From Desulfatiglandales bacterium (lineage in GTDB: Bacteria > Desulfobacterota > DSM-4660 > Desulfatiglandales > Desulfatiglandaceae), in contig OY762721.1 of NCBI GenBank assembly GCA_963666345.1, positions 2,304,001-2,368,000 on the forward strand: a stretch of DNA of 64,000 bases, written 5' to 3'. Positions 61,227-64,000 of the stretch are shown here, one piece after another. Position 1 is the first letter of the stretch, and each line of letters begins with the position of its first letter. The translations under genes were made by a program, and so were the position numbers. The notes under the pieces are model-generated. The model was not told the DNA's origin. It made no database searches and worked only from the letters and a program-made list of their open reading frames with translations.

Positions 61227-62162
61227 ATGGATCAGGCAACACGTTTAAGAAGAATAATAAAGGGGGAATCCGACAGGATTTTTGAGTTCAGAACAAAAAA
61301 TCAAAATGGAACATTTACCGCTGTAAATACTCCCGCCGTCTTTGCCGTTACCAGCGGTAAAGGTGGGGTCGGTAAAACAAATATTGTCGGTAATCTTGCT
61401 ATTGCATGTCAGCGAATGGGCAAAAGGGTCCTGATATTTGATGCGGACCTGGGGTTGGCCAACATCGATATTATTTTTGGTTTTAATCCGGAGCATAACA
61501 TTGATGAAGTCATCAGGGGAGAAAAGGATTTATCTCAGATTATTGTTAAAGGCCCTGAAGGGGTGTCTGTAATTCCAGCGAGTTCCGGTGTACAGGAACT
61601 CGCCAATTTGACGGAAGGTCATAAAATAAATCTTTTAAATGAATTTGATAACTTGAACAGCATGTATGACATTCTGCTGATTGACACGGGTGCCGGTATT
61701 TCTTCCAATGTCCTATATTTCAACTTGGCGGCACAGGAAAGAATCATTGTTTTGACGCCTGAGCCTACATCGATAACAGATGCCTATGCCCTTTTGAAAG
61801 TCATGTATCACAAACACGGTACCAAGAATTTTACCCTTTTGATCAATATGGCTAAAAACGAAAAGCAGGCAAAATCAGTCTACGAAAACCTTACCAAAGT
61901 GGTGGATAGATTCTTAGGCGATATTTTCATAGATTACGCGGGATATATTCCAAAGGATGATTTCGTGGTAAAGGCTGTAAGCAAACGAGAGCCTGTCCTA
62001 TGCAGTTACCCTGAAGCGCCTTGTTGTAAAAAGTTTCGTCAATTAGCTGACTATCTTATAAACCGGATCGATAAAATACCGCTTGACGGCAATATCAAAT
62101 TTCTGTGGAAAAGATTAATCGGGCAAACAGCAGGAATAAATAATGACGCCACAAATCAATAA
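61227..62162 (+). CDS. flhG: MinD-like flagellar number regulator (FlhG/FleN)
   Basis: MDQAxxLR, SGKGGVGKT, DADLGLAN and PEPTSITDAY. Confidence 0.96.
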   Translation: MDQATRLRRIIKGESDRIFEFRTKNQNGTFTAVNTPAVFAVTSGKGGVGKTNIVGNLAIACQRMGKRVLIFDADLGLANIDIIFGFNPEHNIDEVIRGEKDLSQIIVKGPEGVSVIPASSGVQELANLTEGHKINLLNEFDNLNSMYDILLIDTGAGISSNVLYFNLAAQERIIVLTPEPTSITDAYALLKVMYHKHGTKNFTLLINMAKNEKQAKSVYENLTKVVDRFLGDIFIDYAGYIPKDDFVVKAVSKREPVLCSYPEAPCCKKFRQLADYLINRIDKIPLDGNIKFLWKRLIGQTAGINNDATNQ

Positions 62163-62904
62163 GTATCATCAGGCTATCAAAACAGGCCGAGACCATAAGG
62201 ATAGCAAAACCAGAGAAGAACGCATTCTGGAATGTGCCCCTCTTGTAAAACACATTGCGGACAGAATGGCAATTCGTTTGCCCCCCAATGTTTCGAGGGA
62301 AGAAATGATGAGCGCTGGAATCCTCGGATTATATGATGCCTTAGACAAATTCGATCCCGAAATGGGGTTCAAATTTCAAACATATGCCGAGCATAGGATA
62401 AAGGGAGCAATGTTGGATGAATTGCGGAAAATGGGTTGGGTTTCAAGATCCGTCATGAAAGACGTGCACAGGATTGAAAATACCTTCAACGCGCTAACCT
62501 TCAGGCTTGGCAGGGAACCGGAAGATTTTGAGATTGCCAAGGAAATGGGTGTAGATATTGATAAATATCACAAAATGATCAGGCGGGCGCAGGGGGTAAG
62601 TCTTTTAAGCCTTGACGAGATCATGTCGGATGGAAACGTCCCAAAATTTACCGACCGTACATCCAGTACACCTTCTTCTTTAAATGAGTTAGAAATAAAG
62701 GAATTGAAAAATATCGTTTCTAAGGCAATTTTAAGTCTTGCGAAAAAAGAGCAATTGGTCGTCGCACTATATTACTATGATGAATTGACATTAAAAGAAA
62801 TAGGTGAGGTGTTGCATTTAACAGAGTCAAGGGTATCCCAAATTCATTCAAAGACGATACTGAAACTAAGGGTAAAACTCAAATCATATTATGAAGATGG
62901 ATGA
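62143..62904 (+). CDS. fliA: Flagellar sigma factor sigma28
   Basis: RIKGAMLDELR and LYYYDELTLKEIGEVLHLTESRVSQIH. Confidence 0.97.
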   Translation: MTPQINKYHQAIKTGRDHKDSKTREERILECAPLVKHIADRMAIRLPPNVSREEMMSAGILGLYDALDKFDPEMGFKFQTYAEHRIKGAMLDELRKMGWVSRSVMKDVHRIENTFNALTFRLGREPEDFEIAKEMGVDIDKYHKMIRRAQGVSLLSLDEIMSDGNVPKFTDRTSSTPSSLNELEIKELKNIVSKAILSLAKKEQLVVALYYYDELTLKEIGEVLHLTESRVSQIHSKTILKLRVKLKSYYEDG

Positions 62905-63496
62905 CAAAAAAGAACAATCCTCCGCCATTATATTAGATGACATCGGGGAAACCGGGGAACAATTCTCAGGAAATGAATTGGATGAGCCGGAAGACATAAT
63001 CGTCGAATCAAGTCCTGACACGAAATCCGCAAAAGGCGCTGAAAAAAGATCCAAAAGGAAAGCTTTTTTATGCTTGACTTTCGCAATCGGCCTATTTGCT
63101 TTTTCCACGATCGGATATCATATGGTCAGGCATGCAATTACTCCTTTACCAACTGATAAAAAGGAAGTCGGTCATCTTGTCAAATTTGCAATCGAAAGGG
63201 GTCAATCAGCCGAATTTCGCTCATTTGTAATTCCTTTCCAGGGGAGTAAAAAATATTGCTACATCACTTTATCCATTGCCTTCAATCTCCCGAATCAAAA
63301 ACTAAGAGAAAAGATTTTAGCGGACGGATGCCGGCTTAGAGGAATCATCTATGATATGTTGTCGGAGGAGATGGCTGAATATCAAGACATACCATCACCG
63401 GAGGAAATCAAAAAGTGTATTATCAGAGCCGTTAACAGGGTTTTAACTGTGGGGAAGATCGATAATGTATACATAATCGATCTCTTGGCTGTTTGA
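62891..63496 (+). CDS. Second, divergent FliL-family protein
   Basis: Acidic N-terminus, single TM, SFVIP, LRGIIYD, and AVNRVL..GKIDNVYI C-terminus like FliL. Confidence 0.7.
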   Translation: MKMDDKKEQSSAIILDDIGETGEQFSGNELDEPEDIIVESSPDTKSAKGAEKRSKRKAFLCLTFAIGLFAFSTIGYHMVRHAITPLPTDKKEVGHLVKFAIERGQSAEFRSFVIPFQGSKKYCYITLSIAFNLPNQKLREKILADGCRLRGIIYDMLSEEMAEYQDIPSPEEIKKCIIRAVNRVLTVGKIDNVYIIDLLAV

Positions 63497-63612
63497 CTTG
63501 CTTTGTATTCAAGCAGTGACGAAATGACGGTAATTGCGCTGCGGATGTAGATCTGACTTTTAAGAACGAACCGCTGAAATCTTAATGGTTTTGCTCTGAG
63601 TTGGAGGAAGAA

Positions 63613-63918
63613 ATGTCCGGTCTAAGTGATACGAATATTGTCTTGGGTCAGGGAGATGCCATAAAGGAAGTCCATAACATAAGAAGGCAGGATCTGGAAT
63701 TGAATCAACAATTTGTCGCACAAAAAGCGGAGAAAAAGAAAAAAGAGGAAAGATCAAAGGTTCAGGATTCTGCAGGAGGCGACAGGGTAAATATTAAGGG
63801 TGACGAAGAAGAGAAAGGGAATGAAGCTCCCGGAGAAAATAAAAGAGATCCAATGAAGAAAAAAACAAATGAGGTGTCCGATCCGTCGGAAAAAAGGCTT
63901 ATTGATATAAAGGTATAA
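63613..63918 (+). CDS. Hypothetical charged protein ending RLIDIKV
   Basis: GGAGG before ATG 63613; downstream of fliA. Confidence 0.7.
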   Translation: MSGLSDTNIVLGQGDAIKEVHNIRRQDLELNQQFVAQKAEKKKKEERSKVQDSAGGDRVNIKGDEEEKGNEAPGENKRDPMKKKTNEVSDPSEKRLIDIKV

Positions 63919-63920
63919 CC

Positions 63921-64000
63921 ATGACATCCATTGAACTGAAGTTTCTGATTTTTGCACTTATAGGAATCGATGCCGTAATCGTTTTTTTTGTTGCGATTTT
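63921..64000 (+). CDS. 5' end of membrane-anchored hypothetical protein (truncated by window edge)
   Basis: MTSIELKFLIFALIGIDAVIVFFVAI, hydrophobic; starts 2 bp after the previous stop. Confidence 0.55.
   Translation, partial: MTSIELKFLIFALIGIDAVIVFFVAI

Overview
The window is one contiguous flagellar, chemotaxis and c-di-GMP supercluster. Gene order and protein types suggest a deltaproteobacterial (Desulfobacterota-like) genome; this is inferred, not database-checked. Left to right: (1) glycan genes (pyruvyltransferase 3' end, FrhB-like Fe-S protein, GT2-TPR), then fliC, a very long fliD, fliS, a chaperone-like gene and flaG. (2) A signalling block: REC-SHOCT, REC-GAF-HD-GYP, a CheD-HDOD fusion, a hybrid kinase, a GGDEF protein, a DUF3135-like protein, an MCP, a broken cheW, a probable IS200-like end and an unknown sigma54-driven gene. 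(3) A pilZ-cheR-cheA-cheD-HDOD-cheY-cheX-cheB-cheZ-cheY operon. (4) Two sigma54 activators flanking an AMIN-TPR gene. (5) flgBC-fliEFGHIJ-motE-fliK-flgDE-motA-motB-motB-fliLMNOPQR-flhBAFG-fliA-fliL2. Eight sigma54 and five sigma28 promoter-like sites and five GTCA-N6-TGAC palindromes were read by eye. Best candidates for undescribed biology: a second MotB lacking both the ion-conducting Asp and the peptidoglycan-binding Asp/Arg (possible asymmetric stator, brake or clutch); a CheA with an MshEN-like c-di-GMP module in place of P2; a CheD-HDOD pairing present both fused and split; an uncharacterised sigma54-driven amphipathic protein; and EF-hand-like repeats in FliK. All calls come from motif reading only.
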